DNA of 55,611 nucleotides, counting the filler, from Fonticula-like sp. SCN 57-25 (taxonomy: Eukaryota): NCBI GenBank assembly GCA_001724245.1. It is 2 parts of 2 records of this genome, joined end to end, with 100 filler letters (N's around TTAATTAATTAA, not from the genome) between each part and the next. Parts side by side here need not be neighbours in the genome. Positions count along the whole stretch, not along the records: positions 28,925 to 55,611 come from MEDX01000105.1; 1 more part is not named here. One strand, given 5' to 3'. Position numbers and translations under genes: made by a program. Below, one piece after another: positions 45,060-55,611 of this stretch; the stretch's first letter is position 1, and each line of letters starts with the position of its first letter. The notes below the pieces were generated by a model. The model worked only from the letters and a program-made list of their open reading frames with translations, was not told the DNA's origin and made no database searches.

Positions 45060-46163
45060 TTAAAGATATGAAATTTTTTGGGCAGTCACCAGCGGGTTCT
45101 GCTTGGCAAGGAGTTGACGCTCCATTGTCTTGTAGTCAAAAGTGCATTCATGGTCCTCAGCGTGGCGGTGGTTAGAGCAGAATTTGCCGCCACACCTGCA
45201 CGCGTAACCGCCGATAAGGCTAAGGCGCTTGGAGCAGCGCTTGCACGAGTTGTGCTCGGCGGCCGTCTTGACCCGCTTCTGCGGGGCAGACGAAACCGGC
45301 GCGGCCATGGAAGGCGCGGCGGGCTCGGCGGCGGGCTCGGCAGTCATCGACGCGGGCTCGGGGAGAGCAACAGGCTCAATCACCTCGAGCTCGGCGGCGA
45401 CCTTGACGGACGGGGCGGCGGCGGCGGAAACCGGCGCGTTGCGAGCGAGGCGCTGCGAGGCGAGCTTCTCGCGAAGCGTATCCATCTTGTTGCGAAGCGA
45501 CGCGGCCGTCGGCTCCTGGACAACGGCGCGCGAGTGCTTGCCGCCACCGACGTGCGACGGCAGCTCAGACTCGGCAATGTTAAACGACATGAACGGAGAC
45601 CGCGGCGGGGAGCTGGGGGCCGCCATGGCCGACTCGCTGCCGAGCTCGGGGAGCGGGCCGAGGATAGGAGTCACCGAGGGGGAAATAGAAGTGACGCCGT
45701 CCTTGGGCATGACCGTGAAAACAACAACATGGTCGTCTACTTGAACCGAAAAGACAGTCGGCGCGCGGCGCGCCAAAAGGGTAGAAACTTGATCCTCGGT
45801 GAGGCTCTGGAGGCCGCGCGAGATAAGGTCAGACGTGGCGGGGTTGGCAGCAAGGCGGGGCGACGCGGAATCAAAAGACGCGTTGTGAAGAAGACCGCTC
45901 TGCAGAATCGGCACGAGCATCACTGTGGAGCCGTCCTTGACTCCCCAATCGTCGCACATCTTGCCGTCTCCGAGAACGCGGCCGCCAAAAATAAGGCTCT
46001 GGCGCTCCACAGCAACGTGCATGTGCGTGGCAACAAACTCCTTGAGCTGCGCGACGCGAGTGTCACGATGCAAGTGCAGCTCCCACGAGGTGCCCATCTG
46101 CGTGGTCAGCGTCACGCGAATGTGGGTCGGCGGAAGGGACGGCACGGCCGTTGACGACGACAT
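45060..46163 (-). CDS. Ubiquitin-like plus AN1 zinc-finger protein (ZFAND4/ANUBL1-like)
   Basis: N-terminal UBL (QSLIFGGRVL.D...WGVKDGSTVMLV); C-terminal AN1 (CKRCSKRL...CRCGGKFCSNHRHAEDHECTFDYK). TATA-like CTATATAA on the minus strand near 46270-46278. Confidence 0.9.
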   Translation of the reverse strand: MSSSTAVPSLPPTHIRVTLTTQMGTSWELHLHRDTRVAQLKEFVATHMHVAVERQSLIFGGRVLGDGKMCDDWGVKDGSTVMLVPILQSGLLHNASFDSASPRLAANPATSDLISRGLQSLTEDQVSTLLARRAPTVFSVQVDDHVVVFTVMPKDGVTSISPSVTPILGPLPELGSESAMAAPSSPPRSPFMSFNIAESELPSHVGGGKHSRAVVQEPTAASLRNKMDTLREKLASQRLARNAPVSAAAAPSVKVAAELEVIEPVALPEPASMTAEPAAEPAAPSMAAPVSSAPQKRVKTAAEHNSCKRCSKRLSLIGGYACRCGGKFCSNHRHAEDHECTFDYKTMERQLLAKQNPLVTAQKISYL

Positions 46164-46498
46164 TGTGTTAAAGATTGGTAAGAAAAAGTCGGAAGTGGGG
46201 GGATAACAGGTGCAGGAAGCGAGTGAAAGTTGGCGCGTGAACTGGATCTCGGTCCTCGTGCTCCGGTGCTTATATAGTAGCCTTGCAGAACCAGGCCTAG
46301 ACAGCGCTTATTATCCCCGCACGCACACTATTGACCTAGCCTGGTCCAGATGCTAAATAATTTCCATAATAGGAAAAATCGAGACCCCCCGACTCGGGCG
46401 CAACTTGTCGATTAATTCCGGCCCTACTGCGCACATCGAGGCACACGCTTGTAGCAGGCCTGTGGCGAAAAACCTGTCACAGTCCTGTAGCAACAGCC

Positions 46499-47186
46499 AT
46501 GTCGGATGCAGGCGATGAGGGGTGCGTGGAGCCGGGAAGAAGGGGAGGGAAGGGGGAGGGGAAGAGGGAGGGGAGGGGTGGGAGAAGCCGGTGCGCTTGA
46601 GTGACTTGGTGTGGAAGCGAGGGACGGGGCTTGGATGACTCGCAAGCACCTCATTGCCTTTCGTGCCGTTGACTGACCCTGCTTTTTCCTCGCGCGCAGG
46701 GTGGATGAGACGTTTGACGACTTTGACGAGGTCCTAGCGGAGGATGAGGACATGGACAATGAGGACGCCCGCGGCGAGCGTTTTGTTAATGGCGAGCAGG
46801 TACACGATGGCATTGAAATTTTGGAGCCGGAGCACAGGGCAATCGAGCCGTCGCAGCGGACGACAACTCGCTACATGACGAAATACGAAAAGGCGCGCCT
46901 CCTCGGCACGCGCGCCTTGCAGATCAGGTGTGTAATTTCCCGCATTTGTCGCGCTGTGTACTGACTGGACTGCTAGCATGAACGCGCCTATCATGGTCGC
47001 CATTGATAACCTCACTGATCCCTTGAAAATTGCGATGAAGGAGCTGGCCGAGCGCAAGCTCCCGCTCATCATTAGGCGGTATCTTCCCGACGGTACGCTT
47101 AGTGCTTGCTTTTGTTTCGCGGCGATACTGACGTTGCTGTAGGCTCGTACGAGGACTGGTCCGCCGATGAACTCATTGTAGATTAA
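46499..47186 (+). CDS. RPB6: RNA polymerase I/II/III shared subunit RPB6 (4 exons)
   Basis: [28 protein letters not shown]...[10 protein letters not shown]...[20 protein letters not shown]. Confidence 0.97.
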
Positions 47187-47680
47187 TCCAAAAACGCTCT
47201 TTAATGAACGCAAATTCAAACTTTTTGGTGCAGCTTTTAACACAAATAGTCGCTCTGTACATGCGCTGCGAAGCGCAATGCTGCGCGATAGCAGAGTCGG
47301 GCCACAGCAGTAAAGAACTATGTTTTCCCACTCTGTTGCCGGAATCATGGCACGCGCACATTGGCAGACCATGCCCGCCCTCCAGCTCGCAGCGCGCATC
47401 GTTTCTCGACCAGTTTGGCTACCGGTATCAAAGTGTGTAGCGAAGCGCCTGAGCGCGCCTGCCTGTCCATATTCAAATAACTGATTTCGTCCTGATTTCC
47501 ATTTCCCAGGGCGGCGTTTTCCACGTTGGGAACGCTGCGAACACCTGACCTTCACCGATTGGTTGATGATTCCGTATCTCGTCGCTGATTGGCTGATTCT
47601 CTCGCTGCGTTTAGGCGTCGGACCCCACACCTTTTTCCCTTGTTTTCCCTTTGTCCCATTTCGTGGAGGAAAGGAAAGTC

Positions 47681-48973
47681 ATGCGTACCGCCGCAGTCTT
47701 GGCTGTGGCCGTTGCGCTGCTCGCCGTTGCGTCGGCTCTGCCGGCGTACACGCGCACCGTTCGCTATGATGGCGAGAAGGTTTTCCGCTGCCAGTTTGGC
47801 CCCCAGCGCGCCGTGAACAGCGCCATGTACCGCCTCATCATCGACCAGGGCCTCGACATCTGGGGCCGCACCGAGGACTACATCGACGTCCGCGTCAAGA
47901 AGGCCCAGTTCGCTGAGCCTACCGTCCGCAACCTCATGTCCCGCTGCGACGTTCTCCATGCCGACCTCGAGGCCGTCATGGCCGAGGCTGATGCCAAGTT
48001 CCTTGCCCGCCGCGAGGCCAAGAAGGCCGAGTGGTTCGAGGACTACCACACCTACGACGAGATCAAGGCCTGGTATGAGGACCTTGCCAACACCTACAGC
48101 GACTTTGCCACCTTCATTGACTCGATCGGCACGACCCTCGAGGGCCGCGACCAGTTCGCCTTCACCTTCACCTCGTCCAACGGCACCGCCCTCAAGCCCA
48201 AGATCTTCTTCCAGTGCCAGATTCACGCCCGTGAGTGGATCAGCGGTGCCACCTGCGGCTACGTGATCAACGAGCTCCTCTCGACCTACGGCTCGAACGA
48301 CGAGGTCACCGCCATCCTCGACGCCGTCGAGTTTGTCGTCATCCCGATCCAGAACCCCGACGGCTACGCCTACACCTGGTCGAACGACCGCCTGTGGCGC
48401 AAGAACCGCAACCCCAACACTGGTGGCTGCGCCGGCGTCGACCTCAACCGCAACTACAACGACCACTGGGGCCAGGGCGGCTCGTCGTCGAGCCCCTGCT
48501 CGGACACCTACATGGGCCCCTCTGCCAACTCTGAGCTCGAGGTCCAGAACGCCATTGCCTTCTTCAAGGCCAACGCCCCCGTCATCGGCGGCATTGACTG
48601 GCACTCGTACTCGCAGCTGATCCTCCGCCCGTACGGCTGGACCCGCAACGACTCCCCCGATGAGGCCCAGCTCAAGGCCCTCGGCGACGGCATGCGCGAG
48701 GCCATCCGCGAGGTCCACGGCGTCAGCTACACCTCCCAGAAGTCGATCGAGCTCTACACCACCACCGGCACTGCGTCCGACTGGTTCTACGGCGAGGAGG
48801 CCACCGAGACCAACGACGGCTACCGCGCCGCCGGCTTCACCATCGAGCTCCGCGACACTGGTCGCTATGGCTTCGAGCTCCCCGCCGAGCAGATCATCCC
48901 CACCGGCGAGGAGTGCTTCCAGGCTGTCCTCTTCTTTGTCAGCGAGCTTGTTGCCAACCCGATCAAGGCTTAA
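47681..48973 (+). CDS. Secreted M14A zinc carboxypeptidase with propeptide
   Basis: Signal peptide; YHTYDEI, IHAREWIS, NPDGY, RLWRKNR, GVDLNRN, DWHSYSQ, FTIELRD.G.YGF.LP..QI. Confidence 0.95.
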   Translation: MRTAAVLAVAVALLAVASALPAYTRTVRYDGEKVFRCQFGPQRAVNSAMYRLIIDQGLDIWGRTEDYIDVRVKKAQFAEPTVRNLMSRCDVLHADLEAVMAEADAKFLARREAKKAEWFEDYHTYDEIKAWYEDLANTYSDFATFIDSIGTTLEGRDQFAFTFTSSNGTALKPKIFFQCQIHAREWISGATCGYVINELLSTYGSNDEVTAILDAVEFVVIPIQNPDGYAYTWSNDRLWRKNRNPNTGGCAGVDLNRNYNDHWGQGGSSSSPCSDTYMGPSANSELEVQNAIAFFKANAPVIGGIDWHSYSQLILRPYGWTRNDSPDEAQLKALGDGMREAIREVHGVSYTSQKSIELYTTTGTASDWFYGEEATETNDGYRAAGFTIELRDTGRYGFELPAEQIIPTGEECFQAVLFFVSELVANPIKA

Positions 48974-49252
48974 GCGCCTCGTAGATCGCGTGTAGATCGC
49001 TTCGTTTCAATATATAGTACTGCTTTTGCAGCACAAGTTATGGAAAAGGAATCGCACAATGATATATTGACGCAACACCTCAAAAGTACATGCTCAGAAC
49101 GTATGCCAATCGCGAGTATCATGTACAATATGGCCATAGTCCACTTTAGTCGAATGACGTGTCAACAAACTCGATGTCAAAAATCGCAAAAAATCGACAA
49201 GTGGCATGCACAGTCATCGTCACGTGACGTCCTGCCGTCGATCGAGTGAGCG

Positions 49253-50767
49253 ATGCTGTCGGTGGTCAAGCTTGGCCTCGGGAGGCGCGGCCTTCGAGCA
49301 GCATTCTCGACGCAGGCGGACTCGTTTGTAGAGACACGGGTGCGCGAGCTGTCGGATTCCCGGCGTGTGCGACTTACCTTGCGCGGCTGCAGCAAATGAT
49401 TTCAAAGGTCCTGTCGAGCCTCCAGACCAATGGCGAGGCCCGCGCCTACCTGCGCCACTTTTCAAAGGTGGACTCGCCCAAGTTTGCCGTTCTCCTCGTG
49501 GAAGACCCGCTTGAGAAGCACAATGTGCAGTCGCTTGCGGCCTCACTGACCATTTTGCATCGCTTTGGTCTTTTGCCCATTGTCGTGCACAGTGGGCATG
49601 GGTGGAATGCCACAGACGAGATCTCGTACAAGTCGCTCACTGCGTACGACCCACGCGCCCTTGCCTTGCTGTTGCTAATTTGTGTGCACTAGCTCTGGGC
49701 CAAACTCGTGGCAGGCGTCTGTTGCCGACACTTCGCGCTTGGTGCAGTCGATCGAGCTGTGCGGCGGCCGCGCGAGCTCCCTGCCGTACGGCGTGCTCAA
49801 CGTCAACATTGGACGCGGTACGGCGCACCATTTTCCGTTCCTTGTTCTCACTGGCGACTTAGCGGGCGCCATGGACACGCTTGACGTTCAGCTGGGTGAC
49901 ATTGAGACGGTGATCCGGAGCGGCAAGATCCCCGTTGTCCCCTCAATTGGGATGACTGCCGGTGCTCAGCTGCTTCGCTTCAACCCATATGCGACCGCGC
50001 GGCACATTGCGTCGCTCGTCCAGCCGCACAAGGTAATCATGGTGAGCAACGACGGCGGCGTGCGCACGTCGGACGGGTCTGTCATGCCGTTCCTCAACCT
50101 CGCGGACGACTTTTTGCCGCTGATGCGCGAAGGGCAGCTGACGATGTCGAGCAGCCGCCGCCTGCAGAGCCTCCCGGCGTTCCTGTCGGCGCTGCCGGCG
50201 AGCTCGTCGGCGACGCTCACCACGCCGGACGCCATCATCGACGAGCTGTTCACGCACGACCGGTCGCACACGGGCACCATGGTGCGCATGGGGCCCGGCA
50301 TCCGCCTGCACCGCAACTTTGATGAGCTCGACGAGCCGCGCCTGGTCGCGCTCCTCGAGGACGCCTTTGGGCGCCGCCTCGACAGCGAGTACTTTGAGAA
50401 CGTGCGCCGCAAGGAATTTTGGATTTACCTTGCTGGCGACTACAAGGGCGTGGCCGTGCTGTACCGGGAGGGCGGCGTGCCGTACATGTGCAAGCTCGCC
50501 GTCTCGTCCAGCGGGCAGGGGCAGGGCATTGTCGACCTGCTCTGGAACGCCATCACGAGAGACCACACGGACATGTTCTGGAGGTCGAGGACGGACAACG
50601 TGGCAAACACGTGGTACTTTCAGCACGCAGACGGCACGTACCGCGCGGGGTACTGGACCGTATTCTGGTTCGGGCAGCGCGCGCGCGAAATCCTCCCGTT
50701 CTATAACGAGTTTTGCCGAGACCTCCAGCCGACATTCCATCAAAAGCTACAAGTCACACATGATTAA
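49253..50767 (+). CDS. NAGS: N-acetylglutamate synthase, vertebrate/fungal type (AAK domain plus DUF619/NAT domain), mitochondrial
   Basis: Presequence; EARAYLRHF...KFAVL; ELFT....GTMV Arg-binding motif; PYMCKLAV...QGQGI.D.LW, FWRSR..N..NTWYF...DG. The kinase KxGG motif is absent. Confidence 0.75.
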
Positions 50768-51024
50768 TACGCACTGTACAAAACCATTCCTTGCATATGA
50801 CTGCATCGCTGTAATTTACCACAATGAAATCTTTGATAATTGAAACTATAGGGTATATTTTGCACTATTCATATAGCTACTGCTTCACGGATTGCGCCAT
50901 ACAATGACTGTACCTGGCATTGGACTATTCCGCCGCCTCGGTGAAGCATAATCTTACATTATTTTATCTTTGGTTCATATGACGCATTCCCATAGGGCCG
51001 AATGCAATCAGGAGCATGAAAACG

Positions 51025-51120
51025 GCGGACCAATCTGACCAATCAGCACACTTCATGTTGACGTCATCACGGGAATTCCCCAATGGGAATCTCCCATCCA
51101 TTATCGGCGAGCTATTAAAG
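51025..51120 (+). promoter_or_regulatory. Dense promoter module: CCAAT boxes, a CRE, two kappaB-consensus sites and a TATA-like element
   Basis: CCAATC twice (about 51030-51045), TGACGTCA 51059-51066, GGGAATTCCC 51071-51080, GGGAATCTCC 51085-51094, TATTAAA near 51113. Confidence 0.55.
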
Positions 51121-51341
51121 GCACAGGCTTGAGACTCGGTTAGCGCATCCCACCACAGTGGCCTCCGCATTGTCGCCGGGTGAATCCACTTTGGCGTTTT
51201 CCCCCCTTGCTTCTCCCGCTTGTTTTTGTTTTTCTATTGGAGCGAACCCCCACACCCTGCCGTCGTCTGCCGTAGTGATTGGCGAACTGCAGCATGCTGT
51301 CGACCCACCCCAGCGTGGCCCCTTCCGGCGGGCGCCCCGGG

Positions 51342-53032
51342 ATGGCCATGCCGCACCCGGTGGAGAAAAAGTACCGCGGTCTTCACTCTGTCGCAATTGA
51401 TAATGACTTGCGGGAGGTTGAGAACATGCTTAGGTACGCTCTTTTCGCTTGCTCGCTTGGCTCTTTCCCCAGTTAACCCTTAACTGCGTATCTAGTGCTG
51501 GCGCGTACGTTGATGTGCGCAACGCTCGGGGGCGCACGCCACTTATGGGCGCCTGCTTTTTTGGCCATGTTGATATTGTTCGAGTATTACTAGCGCGTGG
51601 TGCTGACGTGAATGCGCGGTGCAACGAGGGCGCCACGGCGCTTATGTACGCTGCGCTCGGCGAGCAGGCCGAGATCGCGTCCATGCTGCTGTCCGCCGGC
51701 GCCAATCGCGATGCGCGCGCCACGCGGCCAGATGTCACCGCTTTGTCGTGCGCGCGCGCCGTTGGGAGCACGTCGGTGGCCCGCATTGTTGAGCGGCGCG
51801 ACATTCTTGGCCAGCTCCCGCGCGAGATCGCGCTGCACATCCTGAGCTTTTTGGACACGCATTCGATGCTGGCGCTGGCGCAGTGCTGCCACCTGTACCA
51901 CCGGCTAGCGAATGACAAGATTGTGTGGCGCCGCCTGTGCGCGCGCCGCGGCTGGTCGCGCCCCGAGGTCGACATGCTCATGAGCTACGGCGTGAACGCG
52001 CACCGCTTCGTGTACGCCGAGCGCAACACGCTCAACCGTAATTGGCGCGCGGGCCGCTCGTCTGTGCGCGTGTCGCACGCGAACGCGGAGCTTTTCTCGT
52101 TGGGTCAGCGCGATGGCCTGCTCTACACGGGCTGCAGCGACCGCACGCTGCGCACGTGGCGCGCGGACAATGGCGAGGCGCTCGGGGTAACGGGGGCGCC
52201 GGCGTCCATCACGTCGATCGCCTTTTGGGGCGGGAACCACCTGCTGACGGGCGACCACGACGGCCACGTGTCGCTGTGGAACACGGAGGCGCTCGACGCG
52301 CCGCGCGACCGCAAGCACGCTCACGGGCACATCATCTCGTCCATTGCGTCGGGCACCGATTTCTGCGCCACGTCGTCGTTTGACGCCGTCATCAAGCTGT
52401 GGTCGATGGCGCCGGCGGACATCTCGTGCAAGGGGACGCTCGTCGGGCACGGCGGCGACGTGCACGCCCTCACCATTGTCGATAGCACGGTCTACAGCGG
52501 GTCGTTTGACAAGAGCGTTCGCGTGTGGGATGTCAGGTCATTGAGGCACGTCGCGACAATCAACGGCGCGTCCAACACGATCCTCGGGCTCGCCGTCGCG
52601 GACAATGTTATCGCCGCCGCCGACCGGGACTGCTCCCTGCGATGTACGTAACTGCTTTTCATTTCTTGGCGTCTGCTAACTTTCAATTCAGTCTGGGACC
52701 GGCGCGTGTTCAAGCAGACGTTCCACACGATTCGCCTCGAGTCGTGGGCGCGCAGCCTGGAGATCCACAACAACAGGCTGGCGGCCGGCTGCCAGGACGG
52801 GTCCGTGCGCCTCTATGACTGGTCGACAAAGGCGCTTCTGTGGAGCGCCCCGACCCACAGGCAGCTCGTTACGGGCCTGTGCATGGACGACGACAAGATG
52901 GTGACGGCTTCTCGCGACGGGACGCTGTGCGTCAGCGACTTTTCGGCCCCGCAGGAGCACCTTCTTGAAGTGTTTGGAAAGGAGTGGATGAGCACCAACG
53001 CGCCCCTAATGTACCAGGGCGACGCGCTCTAG
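51342..53032 (+). CDS. Ankyrin-repeat / F-box / WD40 protein, multi-exon
   Basis: GRTPLMGAC..GHVDIVRVLLARGADVN and GATALMYAA (ANK); LPREIALHILSFLD..SML...QCC...W (F-box); GH...SGSFDKSVRVWD (WD40). Confidence 0.9.
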
Positions 53033-53184
53033 GGCCGCTGCAAGGCCAAGTTTTTGCTCGATACTCTATAGACTTTTTTGGGTAGTATCGTTGTGTATTA
53101 ATAGGTAGTCATACATGCTGCAAATAACAAAATTAAACAGTTTGGACCAGAACAGCCCACTTTCAAAAATTTACTCTAGTCGTC

Positions 53185-55170
53185 TCAGTGATTCTGGTTC
53201 GACTTGATTGACCGTACAAAGCGTGCGATGCGCGACCCAGACGCCGACAGCGACCTCCTCCTGCCCTCCTCCTCCTCCCCAGGGCTGCCACTCTCGATGG
53301 AAAGCCATTCTTCCTCGGTCTTTGGCGGCTTTAGCGAGCTCGACTGCTTCCTCACGACCTGCGCCTGGTCCTCGACAAACTCCATGTCCACGTACTTTGC
53401 GCGGATCCATGCCTCGCGCGCCTTGCGCTCCGCCGTGGGTCCTATCCTGCGCGACTTGTCGGCCGGCGCCCTCGCCTCGTAGCGTCGCTTCGAGTTTTCA
53501 TTGCCGATATCATGGAGCGTCTGCACCCACTCTGGCCGCCACCGGTCGAGCTCGAGCGACCGCACCTGAGAGATGTGCACGCCGAGCGACCGGTGGATTC
53601 CCGAGCACTCGATGCAGAGGAGGATTCCGAGGTTGATGCTCGCCCACTCGGGGTCGGGCGCGCCGCAGTCGGCGCACAGCGCGTTGCCCGGGACGGCGCG
53701 CAGGGCGGCGAGGCGGGCGCGCACCGACGCGTCGTCGTCACCGTCCCCGGCGACCGCGCCCGACGTAAACTTGGCCAGCGAGCTGTGCGACCTGGCGCGC
53801 GACACGGGCGCGTCGTCGCCCACAACAAGCGAGCCTGACGACGAAGCACTGGGGCCCGCGTGCTGCCCCTGCAGCGCGCTCGCGATGGCTGCCTGGATGG
53901 CGGCGATCCACGCGTACATTTCCTCCGACGACTCTGCCTGGATCAGGAGCGTGCGCGTCGGTGAAATGACGGTGAACACAAAGTTGCGGTCAATGTCGGA
54001 TATCGGCTTGACGGTGCAGAGCAGGAGGTTGGCCACGGGCCACGGGACGTCGTGCGGGTCCGCCGACTGCGCGTAGAGCAGCGTGTCGACCACCATGGCG
54101 TAGCTCTTGATCCAGTACGACGGGTGCAGCACGTACGTGCCCACTGCCGCCGATGCCGCGGCAACATTCCCTGCAGCGCCAGGACCGCTCGCTCCGCCGG
54201 TACCGCCCGCGGCAGCCGCGCGGCGCTCGCTCATGTACACCCAGCCGCGCTTCCCTGTCTTTTCGGGCGCCGAAGCGACCGACGGCAAAGATAGCGCAGT
54301 CACATCAGGGCTGTTGTTCTGCCGCGACAAGTCGCGCGTCTGGAACCGCACGAGCTGCTCGTTGAGCTGCGCGTCCGCGTCGGCGACGATCCGGTGAAGC
54401 TCCTCAGTGTCCTCCTTGCTGCTCAGCGCCGCGTCAGCCGCCGCCTTTGACGATTGCTCAAAGAGGCGCTCCATGAGCGGTTCGGCGCTACGGTACGTCG
54501 CGTGTACGAGCTTGTGAAAGGTGGATTGCGACGAGACGTGCTCGTGGAGCTGCGGGCATCGTTGACGTGCGTCACTAATCAACGAGCGGCGTACCTTGTT
54601 CATGATGACGGAGCGCTTGCGGTACTGCACCTGGTTGAGGTCCTGTACGTACTCGCACATACGGCGATGTAAAAGCTTTCGGCTGCTAAACATCATGTTG
54701 GCGGTCGTGCTCATGGCTGCCACGTCACCCTGCTTGCACTGGAAAAAGCGGTCCGTGTTGACGTCATTCTCGTGCTGGAGCCGCTCCACTGTCTTACGGG
54801 CACGGCGAAGACCGGCAAAGTCGGTATCCAGGTGAGCACGAAGCGCTGCAACGGTGGACTGAGACTGTGCCAGGCACATTTGCCGGTGCTCGTCTATTTG
54901 AAGCAGCACGGCCGCGAGCGACTGCAGAATGTCGCGCGCCGCATGGTTCTGCTCCTCGATGAGCTCGACCGTCGCGTACTCCCTCACGGCGTTGGCCAGA
55001 TCCTTCTCCGTATTCGACATGGCCGCCGTGAGGTTCGAGTACATCTCAAAGAGCCCATAGATCTTGGTCGTCTTGCGCTCCAAATCGTCAACAGCCGCCT
55101 CGTGAAACTCGAGGCGGGCCCTGAACAGCGGCGCCGCCGCCGACACCTCGGCAAGACCTATCTTCCCCAT
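53185..55170 (-). CDS. BAR-PH-ArfGAP protein (ACAP/centaurin-beta-like); probable in-frame intron 54550-54594
   Basis: PLFRARL BAR start; PH ([34 protein letters not shown]); Arf[40 protein letters not shown] with intact Arg finger. Confidence 0.92.
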   Translation of the reverse strand: MGKIGLAEVSAAAPLFRARLEFHEAAVDDLERKTTKIYGLFEMYSNLTAAMSNTEKDLANAVREYATVELIEEQNHAARDILQSLAAVLLQIDEHRQMCLAQSQSTVAALRAHLDTDFAGLRRARKTVERLQHENDVNTDRFFQCKQGDVAAMSTTANMMFSSRKLLHRRMCEYVQDLNQVQYRKRSVIMNKVRRSLISDARQRCPQLHEHVSSQSTFHKLVHATYRSAEPLMERLFEQSSKAAADAALSSKEDTEELHRIVADADAQLNEQLVRFQTRDLSRQNNSPDVTALSLPSVASAPEKTGKRGWVYMSERRAAAAGGTGGASGPGAAGNVAAASAAVGTYVLHPSYWIKSYAMVVDTLLYAQSADPHDVPWPVANLLLCTVKPISDIDRNFVFTVISPTRTLLIQAESSEEMYAWIAAIQAAIASALQGQHAGPSASSSGSLVVGDDAPVSRARSHSSLAKFTSGAVAGDGDDDASVRARLAALRAVPGNALCADCGAPDPEWASINLGILLCIECSGIHRSLGVHISQVRSLELDRWRPEWVQTLHDIGNENSKRRYEARAPADKSRRIGPTAERKAREAWIRAKYVDMEFVEDQAQVVRKQSSSLKPPKTEEEWLSIESGSPGEEEEGRRRSLSASGSRIARFVRSIKSNQNH

Positions 55171-55447
55171 TTGCACGTTAAATAGGAGCCCTGTGTGTGT
55201 CGGGACTCCCCTCGCCGCCGAGCAAAGCCAACAAAGCGGGGGCCAACTAACGCGCCAAGATCACCGCCCGACAGGGGGGCCGGCTCCTCAATCTGCTGAC
55301 GACGACCGTGTCCACGTGGATATTTCCACATCCACGTGGACAAGGTCCGCTTTTGTTTATCGCAGGGCGGTCGCTGTGGGGCGTTGGCGGCGCGACGGTG
55401 AAGAGAGCCATTAGCGAAAGCGAGCATTCGGAGGGAGCCGCGCCGAA

Positions 55448-55611
55448 ATGAGTGGCTACGTGGATGATCTGAGCGAGGAGCAGGAGAGGACCCTGCGGTG
55501 GCTGCAGTCCACTTTGCGGAAGAAGGCGGAATCGCCCGATTATGCCAGCCTCGTACCCCACAATTACCTGCAGGAAGTCGAGGACGATTGTGCGAGAAAT
55601 TCGGCGCTGCT
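55448..55611 (+). CDS. Start of a probable Sec14/CRAL-TRIO lipid-binding protein, running off the window
   Basis: MSGYVDDLSEEQERTL resembles the CRAL_TRIO_N start (GxxxxLsxeQexxL). Confidence 0.5.
   Translation, partial: MSGYVDDLSEEQERTLRWLQSTLRKKAESPDYASLVPHNYLQEVEDDCARNSAL

Noticed and set aside
47552-48718. 388-aa minus-strand ORF
   Set aside because: Antisense shadow of the carboxypeptidase.

Overview
Gene-dense DNA from a unicellular eukaryote. It has GC-rich exons, mostly short GT-AG introns with GTACG/GTGCG donors and CTGAC/CTAAC branch points, and many head-to-head gene pairs. The gene set (DNAJC12, dysbindin, GSAP, WDR37, COMMD8, vertebrate-type NAGS, GLI/PacC-type zinc finger, ATP10) suggests an opisthokont or other amorphean protist; this is inference. 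The window is two contigs joined by an artificial N/TTAATTAATTAA/N linker at 28825-28923. About 30 host genes are recognisable. The main feature is an apparently intact, intron-less IS607-family element at about 26753-28765. It encodes a MerR-HTH serine recombinase (TnpA) overlapped by a TnpB-derived Fanzor2-type RNA-guided nuclease, followed by a strongly structured omega-RNA-like 3' end with candidate end motifs, TAM and guide. Other points of interest are a spliced arginine-finger-less ArfGAP zinc finger plus BAG-like fusion that the ORF track misses, an ankyrin/F-box/WD40 gene with two NF-kB consensus sites upstream, a multi-intron FtsX/MacB-type permease, and a truncated PIF/Harbinger transposase abutting DNAJC12. 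All calls come from motif recognition by eye; no database searches were run.
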